Source of the DNA: Balanoglossus misakiensis
Lineage: Eukaryota; Animalia; Hemichordata
Direction of reading: 5' to 3'
Assembly: GCA_040954595.2 (NCBI GenBank)
Contig: CM082584.2
Location: 3,193,344 to 3,257,343, forward strand
DNA: 64,000 bases
The notes under the pieces are model-generated. The model saw only the letters and a program-made list of their open reading frames with translations. It searched no databases and had not been told where the DNA came from. Shown piece after piece: positions 49,601-61,055 of the stretch. Position numbers and translations under genes: made by a program. Position 1 is the first letter of the stretch. Each line of letters begins with the position of its first letter.

Positions 49601-51386
49601 GATTTTGTGTTCAAATCCAACCAATTATTATGTAAATTGACTTGTGATACCCTCTCTTAGCACAAAAAGCATAATTTCAGCCCCAAAATGGTTGCCATAG
49701 AAACATGTGATCACTAAACGGATATCATTTTTGTTCTTATTGAGCCAAGAAACCCCTATGGTGAAATTTTTGTGGAAATCGGTCCTATTATTATTAAAAT
49801 TATTATTTTTATATAATTCTTTATTTAATTATTTAATTATTACCAGTTAAGGGGTTAAAAGAATTATATAAACAATCTATCAATTTAAAAAGCACGGGTG
49901 GATTTCCTGTACAATCATTCGTGATACTTCAGATTCATAAAGACAACATTTTTCAAAGTGGCCTATGTATCTAAAATTGCAGACGACGTTTCAACGCTTT
50001 CAGTTGGAGATTTTCTACCTAATATTCACAAAAAGACCTCGGGTATGGTTAAACACTATTTAAAACCTTGTTACCCGGTGAGTCTGGTGGCGTGTGTACG
50101 ACAGATCTGAGGTACAAAACTTCGCTCGAAACCCAACACGAGTTGGAGACCGAGTTTATTTACGTACAACATTGTAGCAATTTTTCGTATGTTTGCGCGC
50201 GCTCTGGAATCACGCGATGTCAACTGAGTGTGAACGAGCTGTTTCGCGTCGTGTCGTCTGCCCAGTTTTCGTGGCTAAAACGACAGGAATAATACCCCAG
50301 TTGGCTTTAGAATTGCACATATCATGAGATTTGAGCGCCATAGAAACCGCAGATATCGTGGAACAGGAAGGTTAGTGTTAAAATTATTGTTTTTAATCAA
50401 AGTATTGACCTCTGAGTTATGCTACGTTTGTGTCGGTGTCAAACGGACGCAATGTTTACAATCCAAGGCAGCCAAATAGAATAAGAGAAATGAAGAAATG
50501 TTATCACGATATTTTGGATTTCGTGTTATTATTTCTCGGGAATTTTATTGTTTTCTCAGACGAGGTGACAGGACAGACGCACGAGGCATCTCGCGGTTCC
50601 GTTTTCAATGTTGAATTTTATGTTTTGGCTGTATTTGCGTGTCAGCTGACAGGTCTTCGCATTCATCAGAAGCTATCGTGCGTCGCTGAGATTTGATTCT
50701 TCATAGACGAAAATTATTTCATAACCATACCAAATAAAACATTTCCAGAAATTTAGAAGTTTGCAGACTTTTCTGCTAGTTGTCTATTTAGTGTTGAAGT
50801 CACGCTGAACTGCCAAATTTAACACAGACTCGCTGTCAATACTCAAACAGTAACCCATGTCATACAACAACAAATAGACGGTAAACGTTTATGCAATACC
50901 AATGAATTTATGTTTTAAAACTGGTCGACAGTCTGGAAATGCATGAACAATCGATTGATTGGATTCCTTAACGATACTATTGTATCTTGTATTTTTTTGT
51001 AGTTACACTGTGGAAATCGGCAGGCTGCATTGCCAGTTTTTCTGCACATGCGCAGTTCCTCTGTCTTGAAAGAAAAGTCAAATTTCACCAACTTATTATT
51101 GTGCATTCGGAAAATAAACCCCAAATGTTTTCTTTGTGAACAAAAATACTGCCAGTGTGATTTTGTGTTCAAATCCAACTAATTATTATGTAAATTGACT
51201 TGTGATACCCTCTCTTAGCACAAAAAGCATAATTTCAGCCCCAAAATGGTTGCCATAGAAACGTGTGATCACTAAACGGATATCATTTTTGTTCTTATTG
51301 AGCCAAGATACCCCTATAGTGAAATTTTTGTGGAAATCGGACCTATTATTATTAAAATTATTATTTTTATACAATTCTTTATTTAA
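46689..51386 (+). repeat. Three head-to-tail copies of a ~1.55-1.6-kb non-coding element (starts 46689, 48239, 49843)
   Basis: Near-identical sequence with repeated short ORFs. Each copy has 16-bp subterminal inverted repeats (taaagaattatataaa / tttatataattcttta) and copies are joined by (ATT)n. The array is preceded by a hairpin gtttcgagacc-agag-ggtctcgaaac (~46606-46631) and (ATT)n. Confidence 0.92.
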
Positions 51387-51979
51387 AGCCCCAGTATTTC
51401 TCGTGTGTATCCATTTTTCATCATCGAAAAATGCCCGTTTTTCCTGTAATTCATCATGGAATACTACATAATGAAGATAGAAGAAAGGTTTGGGCAACTG
51501 TAGCTACGTGCAAGCTGTAAATATTGCCCGTAACACTTGAAATGATGCGCGGATTTGTTTACAACGGAAATGTTGTACATGTCGATCAGCAAACGTGCCA
51601 CTTTGACATTTTGATGGTCAGACCATTTTCGGATTTGATCTGGTTCCATCGACTGATTTCTCCCATAAAGTTATCTTCCCAAAATTTCGCCGAATTAGTG
51701 CGCATTTCTTCGCTGAGTCGCTTGATTTGGGGCGACAAAACCTCTTCCGCATAGATTCACATTGGAGTGCGCATGCGCACTAGTCACGTGTGTCAACACT
51801 CACGTGACTTTCTGTCCGGACAGAAAGTCATTCTTCACTCGTTATATTGTAAATTGTATGAGTTTATGAGCAGAGCTGGGGATGATGACTGTTCGATTCA
51901 GTATCAATTATCATCTACTTTTAGAAATTATAGATGCCGTTTCAAACAAAATTTTGCCCCTACGAGAAATACTGAGGCT
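51387..51979 (+). mobile_element. Kolobok-like MITE (~590 bp)
   Basis: TTAA on both sides (51383-51386, 51980-51983). 18-bp TIR agccccagtatttctcgt / acgagaaatactgaggct. AG..CT termini with a TTAA TSD fit Kolobok rather than piggyBac. Confidence 0.8.
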
Positions 51980-52262
51980 TTAATTATTATTTGTTGTGTT
52001 ATTCTGGACTTAAAAAATACGGTGTTGGGACCCGGAAATGGGCTAGTCTCCACCCTTGTCTCTCTTTGTGGCTTAGTGATATGTCCGGGGCCGTGGATCG
52101 AAAAAAATGCCAACACAAATCCTAACCGTTGATAATACCCTAACCTGTCGAATATACCCTAACCTTTACATGTCAACAAACCATATTTATTAATAAAGAA
52201 ATATGTATTTGTTTATTATGCCAAAAATCATCATCATCATCATCATCATCAACAACAACAAC

Positions 52263-53741
52263 AATTAAAGCTGCGAGCAGCATTGTCGGGCCCAAGCGCT
52301 GATCTTGAATTATATATGCACAGTATGAATGAGAAGAAACAGATTTTAATATCGGATGTATTATCTCATGACATAACAGGGATGTGTGTATTTTTGCTGC
52401 TGAAATAGGGTGAAGTAGGTCAAAGGTCACCTGAGGTCACCCAACATTTGGCCAATTTTTTTTACCCATACTGGTCCATGTCCAACAAAAACCAAAACTC
52501 TAGCTCTATTGGTTCACCTGTAATTAGGTATGTGCATATTAAATGAGGTCAGTAGGTGTCACAGGTGACCCAAAAATTTGGCTTTACATTTAGCTCCCAT
52601 CCTGCCAAATGCCAAGGCTGTATCTGCTCTGGATGCTGAGATATGCGAAAGTAGGTCAAAGGTCACCAGAGGTCACCCAACATTTGGGCAAACAATTTTG
52701 ACCCCATACTGGTCCATGTTCAACAAAAACCAAACCTCTAGCTCTATTGGTTCGCCTGTAATTAGCTATGCACATAACTAATGAGGTCAGCAGAGGTCAA
52801 AGGGGTCATGAAAAGTAGCAAATTTTTTTGATCACACACTAATCCACATGCATCAAAAACCAAACGTCTAGCCCTTTAGGTTAGCCTGGAATTAGATATG
52901 CAGAAATAATAATGTGTGAAAAGTAGGTCAAAGGTCATGTGAAAAATCGCCAAAAATTTGTAACATATTGTAGTCATATGACGATTGATATCCATAAAAA
53001 GAATTTGTATGCTATCAATTTTTACGCTAGAAAAAGGAATTTTAATTTTTCACTGCTTTTTACAAAATCCAATATGGCCGCCATAATCTTCGACCAATCA
53101 CAATGCTCTTTGCAAACTTGATAGACATCAGTATAGTGACCATACTCCCCAAATCTTGCGACTCAGTTATCGCCCGTTCTGGAGAAGAAGATTTTTGGAG
53201 TTTAACTATGGTTTTTCGAAAATCCAATATGGCCGCCATAATCTCCGACCAATCACAATGATCTTCGCAAACTTGATAGACATCAGTTAGGTGACCACAT
53301 ACCCCAAACCCCGTGTCTCGGTTATCACCGGTTCTGGAGAAGAAGATTTTTGAAATTTAAGCCAGATTTCAGAAAAAAAATTGTAGCAAAAAAACTGCAA
53401 CATTGACAGCAAAATTTCCAATTACAAAAATGATGGGTAAAAGGTAGTCAACCTGCATGCCAAATTTGAAGTCGATCTGACTTGTAGTTTCTGAGATCTG
53501 AGTTTTGATTTTTTTCAGAAAATCCAATATGGCCGCCAGGTCACGTGACTAATTAAGTATTCACAAGTCACTGCACATCTACTCATTGACCTTGACCACT
53601 GTAGCAAGTTTGAGAAGTGTACCTGCAGCGGTGTCTGAGATCTCGTTGCCCAAAGAATTGACACAAGAATAAAGAAAGAAAGAAAGAAAAATTCCAACGA
53701 AACCAATAGGGCCCAAGCGCTTGCTTGCGCTTGGGCCCTAA
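52263..53741 (+). mobile_element. Helentron/HINE-like non-autonomous element, copy A
   Basis: Starts aattaaagctgc..gggcccaagcgc, has internal ~120-bp and ~235-bp subrepeats, and ends in an (AAAG)n tract plus hairpin tagggcccaagcgc..gcgcttgggcccta. It is the inverted counterpart of copies B and C. Confidence 0.75.
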
Positions 53742-53896
53742 CAAGCAAACAAACAAACAAACAATCAAACAAAATCGCGGAGGGAGAGGCCCCTGTGGTA
53801 GGCCTAACTAAAGGCCGCCGCACACGAGAGAAATCAGCTGAGCAAAAAGTCATTCGAGGAATTTTGCTCAGCAATTTTCCTTCCGTGTGCGGGCGA

Positions 53897-56852
53897 TTTT
53901 TAGGGCCCAAGCGCACGCAAGCGCTTGGGCCCTATTGGTTTCGTTGGGGTTTTTTAGGGCCCAAGCGCACGCAAGCGCTTGGGCCCTATTGGTTTCGTTG
54001 GGGTTTTTCTTTCTTTCTTTTTTCTTGTGTCAATTTCTTCGGCCAACGAGATCTCTGAAACTACTGCAGGTACACTTCTCAAACTTTCTACAGTGGTCAA
54101 GGTCAATGAGTAGATGTGCAGTGACTTGTGAATAATTAATTAGTCACGTGACCTGGCGGCCATATTGGATTTTCTGAAAAAAATCAAATCTCAGATCTCA
54201 GAAACTACAAGTCAGATTGACTTCAAATTTGGCATGCAGGTAGACTACCTTCTACCCATCATTTTTGTAATTGGAAATTTTGCTGTCAATGTTGCAGTTT
54301 TTTTGCTACAATTTTTTTTCTGAAATCTGGCTTAAATTTCAAAAATCTTCTTCTCCAGAACCAGTGATAACCGAGACACGGGGTTTGGGGTATGTGGTCA
54401 CCTAACTGATGTCTATCAAGTTTGCGAAGATCATTGTGATTGGTCGAAGATTATGGCGGCCATATTGGATTTTAGAAAAACCATAGTTAAACTCCAAAAA
54501 TCTTCTTCTCCAGAACGGGCGATGACTGAGTCGCAAGATTCGGGGAGTATGGTCACTACACTGATGTCTATCAAGTTTGCAAAGAGCATTGTGATTGGTC
54601 GAAGATTATGGCGGCCATATTGGATTTTGTAAAAAGCAGTGAAAAATTGAAATTCCTTTTTCTAGTCTAAAAATTGATAGCATACAAATTCTTTTTATGG
54701 ATATCAATCGTCATGTGACTAAAATATGTTACAATTTTTTGGCGATTTTTCACATGACCTTTGACCTACTTATCACGCGTTAGTATTTCTGCATATCTAA
54801 TTCCAGGCTAACCTATAGGGCTAGACGTTTGGTTTTTGATGAATGTGGATTAGTGCGTGATCAAAATATTTTGCTACTTTTCATGACCCCTTTGACCTCT
54901 GCTGACCTCATTAATTATGTGCATAGCTAATTACAGGCGAACCAATAGAGCTAGAGGTTTGGTTTTTGTTGGACACAGACCAGTATGAGATCAAAAATTT
55001 TTCCCAAATGTTGCGTGACCTCTGGTGACCTTTGACCTACTTTCGCATATCTCAGCATCCAGAGCAGATACAGCCATGGCATTTGGTAGGATGGGACCAA
55101 AATGTAAAGCCACATTTTTTAGTCACCTGTGACACCTGCTGACCTCATTAAATATGCACATACCTAATTACAGGCGAACCAATAGAGCTAGAGTTTTGTT
55201 TTTTGTTGGACATGGAGCAGTATGGGATCAAAATTTTTTGCCCAAATGTTGCGTGACCTCTGGTGACCTTTGACCTACTTCACCCTATTTCAGCAGCAAA
55301 AATACACACATCCTTGTTATGTCATCAGATAATACATACGATAGAAAATTCTGTTTTTTTCTCATTCATACTGTGCATATATAATTCAAGATCAGCGCTT
55401 GGGCCCGACAATGCTGCTTGCAGCTTTAATCTTTCTTTCTTTTTTCTTGTGTCAATTTCTTCGGCCAACGAGATCTCTGAAACTACTGCAGGTACACTTC
55501 TCAAACTTGCTACAGTGGTCAAGGTCAATGAGTAGATGTGCAGTGACTTGTGAATAATTAATTAGTCACGTGACCTGGCGGCCATATTGGATTTTCTGAA
55601 AAAATTCAAATCTCAGATCTCAGAAACTACAAGTCAGATCGACTTCAAATTTGGCATGCAGGTAGACTACCTTCTACCCATCATTTTTGTAATTGGAAAT
55701 TTTGCTGTCAATGTTGCAGTTTTTTTGCTACAATTTTTTTTCTGAAATCTGGCTTAAATTTCAAAAATCTTCTTCTCCAGAACCAGTGATAACCGAGACA
55801 CGGGGTTTGGGGTATGTGGTCACCTAACTGATGTCTATCAAGTTTGCGAAGATCATTGTGATTGGTCGAAGATTATGGCGGCCATATTGGATTTTAGAAA
55901 AACCATAGTTAAACTCCAAAAATCTTCTTCTCCAGAACGGGCGATGACTGAGTCGCAAGATTCGGGGAGTATGGTCACTACACTGATGTCTATCAAGTTT
56001 GCAAAGAGCATTGTGATTGGTCGAAGATTATGGCGGCCATATTGGATTTTGTAAAAATCAGTGAAAAATTGAAATTCCTTTTTCTAGTCTAAAAATTGAT
56101 AGCATACAAATTCTTTTCATGGATATCAATCGTCATGTGACTAAAATATGTTACAATTTTTCGGCGATTTTTCACATGACCTTTGACCTACTTATCACGC
56201 GTTAGTATTTCTGCATATCTAATTCCAGGCTAACCTATAGGGCTAGACGTTTGGTTTTTGATGAATGTGGATTAGTGTGTGATCAAAATATTTTGCTACT
56301 TTTCATGACCCCTTTGACCTCTGCTGACCTCATTTATTATGTGCATAGCTAATTACAGGCGAACCAATAGAGCTAGAGGTTTGGTTTTTGTTGGACACAG
56401 ACCAGTATGAGATCAAAATTTTTTGCCCAAATGTTGCGTGACCTCTGGTGACCTTTGACCTACTTTCGCATATCTCAGCATCCAGAGCAGATACAGCCAT
56501 GGCATTTGGTAGGATGGGACCAAAATGTAAAGCCACATTTTTGAGTCACCTGTGACACCTGCTGACCTCATTAAATATGCACATACCTAATTACAGGCGA
56601 ACCAATAGAGCTAGAGTTTTGTTTTTTGTTGGACATGGACCAGTGTGGGATCAAAATTTTTTGCCCAAATGTTGCGTGACCTCTGGTGACCTTTGACCTA
56701 CTTCACCCTATTTCAGCAGCAAAAATACACACATCCTTGTTATGTCATCAGATAATAGATACGATAGAAAATTCTGTTTTTTCTCATTCATACTGTGCAT
56801 ATATAATTCAAGATCAGCGCTTGGGCCCGACAATGCTGCTTGCAGCTTTAAT
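53897..56852 (-). mobile_element. Helentron/HINE-like copies B (53897-55430) and C (55431-56852) in tandem
   Basis: Reverse complement of copy A. The hairpin head is duplicated (~55 bp, 53897-54003). C joins B directly at the microsatellite and lacks the hairpin. Inserted at a TT site (gcgaTT...TTcctg). Confidence 0.78.
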
Positions 56853-57015
56853 TCCTGATATTTTTACTTTTGCGCCGCGGATCACGATATTCAACATGTT
56901 TGATATTTTTTTCCTCGCGAGGAAAATTACTCACCGTGTGCGCCGAACAAAGTAATTTTACTCACGTATCTAGCCTAATTGCGCATGCGCCGGCATCACT
57001 TGACGACGATACAAG

Positions 57016-60000
57016 ATGGCCGCCTCCACTGAAACTAACTACATAAACGAAGCCGTCGTTGAAGACAAGTTGGTGGAACTATGGGCAGAGTTTCCGGTCC
57101 TCTACAATGTAAGATCGCCCGACTTCAAAAACCGGGACAAAAAGGAGCATGCGCTCCAAGAAATTGGAGCGCAACTTGGAAAAACAGGTAAGAGTTAAAA
57201 GTACGATGTTGCCGACGAAATAAAAGTGGAGACGCCTTCAAAACATGCAAAAGGCCCACCAGCAAAACAAATGTCTAGATATTAAAATACTGCATTTCAC
57301 ATACACCGGTGTTGTGCCGAATTCGGCCCCATGCCGAATACGTCCCGCGCATGCTCGGGTCATCAGTAACATGTGTCTGAAATATTGCATTTTCTTGTGT
57401 GAAAGTTTTGCCATCCAACGTGCATGTAAGGCTGTGCATGAATGTACATTGTACTGCACTGTAAACTTGGACATTGCATTACCGCAAGGATTTAATTTCA
57501 TTCCACCAACAAATCAGGGCCATGGGCAGATATTCACCCATTTAGGCCGAAACCATCACTTTTAGCTTTCAATAGTTAACATGACTTTAGTTGGGGTCTT
57601 AATCGGCAACGGGGCTGAAATCAGCAGCTTTACCTGCCGATCTTATCCCTTAGAAGCCATGGTTTGTTTGTCAAGGCATGCGCGGGGACGTATTCGGCAT
57701 GGGGCCGAATTCGGCACAACACCGGGGGTGAAAAATATGTCCAGGGCCACAGTACAGACTATCGGAAGAAGTTGTATCAAGCACAACTTTACGTGACAAT
57801 ACGTTTCCATTAATGTGCTACAAAATAACAACTCTCTACAGACATTGTTACAATAAATGACGTACACAAAGCACCAATGAATGCCGTTAACGGTCTAGTC
57901 CAGACGTCCGGAACGTGTCGAGCCTGTAATTTATTCACGTAATATGCCTGTTTCTTAATGGCATATTACGTGAATAAATTACAGACTCGAGACGTGCCGG
58001 TTTCAGGATATACTAGTAAATTGCACATTGATTCAAACCATTGTCCGCTCACGTCACGTTTGATTTTGCAGGCGACCCAAGGTTCGTTTGCATGTCGATC
58101 ATACATAATAGGACCAAAAATGTTTGTGTTCACATTTGAAAATGCAAGGCAAATTGTCTGTTGCCATATACACTGGGGTAGTTATTAGGGGGGGGGGGGG
58201 TGTACTTGAAAAATATGTCAGCAATGTCTTGTTGAACAGGCATTCAGTACTTTGATACTTAGTAAAATTGTGAATTGTATTGTTCACTATGATTGGTTAT
58301 ATACTGTAGTTATTGTGTTTGACTTGATGATAAAATGGTGTTATTTTTCAGCTGAATGGGTTAAAATAAAATTGAGATACCTTCGAAACAATTATGTAAA
58401 GGCTAAGAAACCCCCGAGTAGTGGAAGCGCCCGAAACACCACGAAGAGAAGGAGCTGGCTGCTGGACAAGCACCAGTTCCTGGACCCATTTATTGCGTCC
58501 AGGCCATCAATTTCAAATTTGGATACAGTAAGTATTTTATTCAATTAAAATAGCACATACACAAAACAAATTAAACAACTGCAGAATTTTTTCTTCTTAT
58601 TGTTTATTTTTTAGAATGCACAGAATTATGCACTATACATAACTCAATGCATTTTACATAAGTTAAAATCAATAAATATACAAGCAAAAGCAGAAAGATA
58701 AATATTTAGTTTAAACAGACATTCCAAATTACCAATATATAAACATTTAACAATCTGTTCCTATAATACCAATAAAATACATTTTAAATTAGCCATGTAT
58801 AAAAACATCACCTTCCCCAATTCCAAATAGTGCATAAGAAAAAGGTCATAACATTGCACCAATATTGCACCAATCTCAACTAGTATAAGTTGTTTCATTT
58901 GGCAGTGAAAATTTCAAAACGTGACCATGTGGTTTTGCCATGGGACTGAGCCTACTCCAGAAAAGTAGGTAGTCAGAAGATTACGCTGGGTTTTTGCATC
59001 TTTACTTGGATTTCTGTCAAGTGCTGGTGCCAATCCAGTAAGTGCTGGATCATTGCGCCAGGCACCAGCAGTGAATGTGTGGTTTTCAATATCTTCACTG
59101 TCAGAAACACTAGTGTAGCCATGTTTGTTTTTATCCACCATAAAATTGTGCAAACAACAGGCTGACAAAACCAAAGCTGTAACTCTATCGGGGCTGAGAT
59201 TGATTGATGTGTGAAAAACACGAAACCTATTTGCGAGAATCCCGAAAGCATTTTCAACAACCCGCCGAGCACGGGAGAGGCGATAGTTGAAAATCCTTTC
59301 CCCTCTCTCCAGATGCCTATGAGGGTAGGGTTTCATCAAATTTGTTGACATTGGGAAGGCATCGTCCCCAATGATATGGTGGTTTATCTTGTTCCCGGCT
59401 ACATTATCTGGTGGAGGTACGTTTAGACATTTGGCATTCAACGCATTTTTCAGAACAGAGTGATTGAACACGCCTGCATCACCTTCACGACCAGCTGCCC
59501 CAACATCTACACATATGAACTTATAATTTGCATCAACTAACGCTAAAAACAATATACTAAAAAAATGCTTATAATTAAAAAATTCTGACCCGCTGTTGTG
59601 TGGCTGCACTATGGCAATGTGTTTGCCATCTATTACCCCAATACAACATGGGTAGTTCCACTTCTGTTGAAATTCCTCAGAAATGATTATCCAGTCTTCC
59701 ATGCATGTTGGAGTCTGAAACAAAATGGAATATTAAGGATAAGAAGTTATTAAATGTAATTTTTTTATCATTTCAGCCATCCCCATCCACAGTGGATGAT
59801 GAAGTTAATGATAATGTTATTGAAGATGAAGAACCCGCATTAAATGTTGAAGATTCCACCAGAACAGATGTAGAACCAAAACAACCAGTAAAATCAAAAA
59901 ACAAATCTTCAAAACGCCATCAAGCTGAAATGGAGTATGAACTTATAAAGGGGGTTGCTGCATCGATTGCAGATAGAAATAAAAGACAAAAAAAAGATGA

Positions 60001-60280
60001 TCAGGAAAACAGTGCCGTACAGTCCTTCGGCACCTATGTGTCCCAGGCACTAAAAGACCTTGAGCCCAGGGTGAGGCATTTGGCCCAGCATCGTATTAAC
60101 AACATTTTGTTTGAGGCTCAGTCTGGAACCTTAATGCCTGCCAATTATAGTCCCTACAACTACCAGCAGCCTGCCCATCCCTTTACACAGCAAAACTGGA
60201 ATGTCCCACATCAGCAATGTTCTGGTCCCAATAATGTTGATGTACCCTTTGATGAACCACCAATCTATACTCAAATGTAA
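57016..60280 (+). CDS. Harbinger-associated MADF (Myb/SANT-like) protein with C-terminal BESS-like motif; exons 57016-57187, 58352-58527, 59777-60280 (~283 aa)
   Basis: EDKLVELWAEFPVLYNVRSPDFKNRDKKEHALQEIG..|EWVKIKLRYLRNNY (MADF), SSGSA..WLLDKHQFLDPFI, and SFGTYVSQALKDL..HLAQHRINNILFEAQ (BESS-like). Introns are GT-AG with consistent phases (1, 0) and there are no stops. Confidence 0.88.
57306..57725. mobile_element. ~420-bp MITE-like element in MADF intron 1
   Basis: 41-bp perfect TIR ccggtgttgtgccgaattcggccccatgccgaatacgtccc and its reverse complement at 57685-57725. No clear TSD. Confidence 0.75.
57908..58000. repeat. ~93-bp hairpin/palindrome in MADF intron 1
   Basis: ccggaacgtgtcgagcctgtaatttattcacgtaatatgcc pairs with ggcatattacgtgaataaattacagactcgagacgtgccgg. 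Confidence 0.8.
58914..59714 (-). CDS. Harbinger/HARBI1-like DDE transposase, catalytic last exon; N-terminal exon(s) not found
   Basis: WNYPCCIGVIDGKHI, FFNYKHFFSI, DVGAAGREGDAGVF, IIGDDAFP, FNYRLSRARRVVENAFGIL and ACCLHNF; the D-D-E triad is intact. Acceptor ttgtttcag| at 59715; the ORF is open to its stop at 58914. Confidence 0.92.
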   Translation of the reverse strand, partial: TPTCMEDWIIISEEFQQKWNYPCCIGVIDGKHIAIVQPHNSGSEFFNYKHFFSILFLALVDANYKFICVDVGAAGREGDAGVFNHSVLKNALNAKCLNVPPPDNVAGNKINHHIIGDDAFPMSTNLMKPYPHRHLERGERIFNYRLSRARRVVENAFGILANRFRVFHTSINLSPDRVTALVLSACCLHNFMVDKNKHGYTSVSDSEDIENHTFTAGAWRNDPALTGLAPALDRNPSKDAKTQRNLLTTYFSGVGSVPWQNHMVTF

Positions 60281-60453
60281 AAAGTCCCATTTAGCTGAAA
60301 TTTTCAATATTTTATTTAGAAATTGTTTTTTGTAATAAACAAATGAGACCAAAGCGTCCTTGACGCTATTTATTGCATTAGTTTTGGTCAATTTTAAAAG
60401 TTTACTTACAAGTATACATTTAAAGGGGAACAAATTAGAATATAAATCATTAA

Positions 60454-61055
60454 AGCCCCAGTATTTCTCGTAGGGGCAAAATTTTGTTTGAAACGGCATC
60501 TATAATTTCTAAAAGTAGATGATAATTGATTCTGAATCGAACAGTCATCAGCCCCAGCTCTGCTCATAAACTCATACAATTTACAATACAACGAGTGAAG
60601 AATGACTTTCTGTCCGGACAGAAAGTCACGTGAGTCAGGCTCCTGTTGACACACGTGACTAGTGCGCATGCGCACTCCAATGTGAATCTATGCGGAAGAG
60701 GTTTGGTCGCCCCAAATCAAGCGACTTAGCGAAGAAATGCGCACTAATTCGGCGAAATTTTGGGAAGATAACTTTATGGGAGAAATCAGTCGATGGAACC
60801 AGATCAAATCCGAAAATGGTCTGACCATCAAATGTCAAAGTGGCACGTTTGCTGATCGACATGTGCAACATGTCCGTTGTAAACAAACCCGCGCATCATT
60901 TCAAGTGTTACGGGCAATATTTACTGCTTGCACGGAGCTACAGTTGCCCAAACCTTTCTTCTGTCTTCATTATGTAGTATTCCATGATGAATGTACGGGG
61001 AAAATGGGCATTTTTCGATGATGAAAATTGGATACACACGAGAAATACTGGGGCT
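60454..61055 (-). mobile_element. Kolobok-like MITE, second copy, inverted relative to 51387-51979
   Basis: TTAA flanks (60450-60453, 61056-61059), TIR agccccagtatttctcgt / acgagaaatactggggct, and an interior that is the reverse complement of the first copy. Confidence 0.82.

Larger units (their letters stand above)
53812..60420. mobile_element. PIF/Harbinger transposon (left end present, right part missing or outside window), interrupted by HINE copies B and C
   Basis: TAA|AGGCCGCCGCACACG terminus at 53809-53826 with a subterminal palindrome (..cgtgtgcgg). The sequence resumes at ~56853 (aacatgtttgat motif). It carries a MADF gene and a HARBI1-like transposase exon. The right boundary is approximate. 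Confidence 0.75.

Noticed and set aside
47718-51178. Recurrent short ORFs (MDLNTKSHW..., ...HQKLSCVAEI)
   Set aside because: They recur only because the 1.6-kb repeat recurs; starts and frames differ between copies.
52121-52164. CCCTAACC motifs resembling telomeric repeats
   Set aside because: Only three dispersed units, not a tandem (TTAGGG)n tract.
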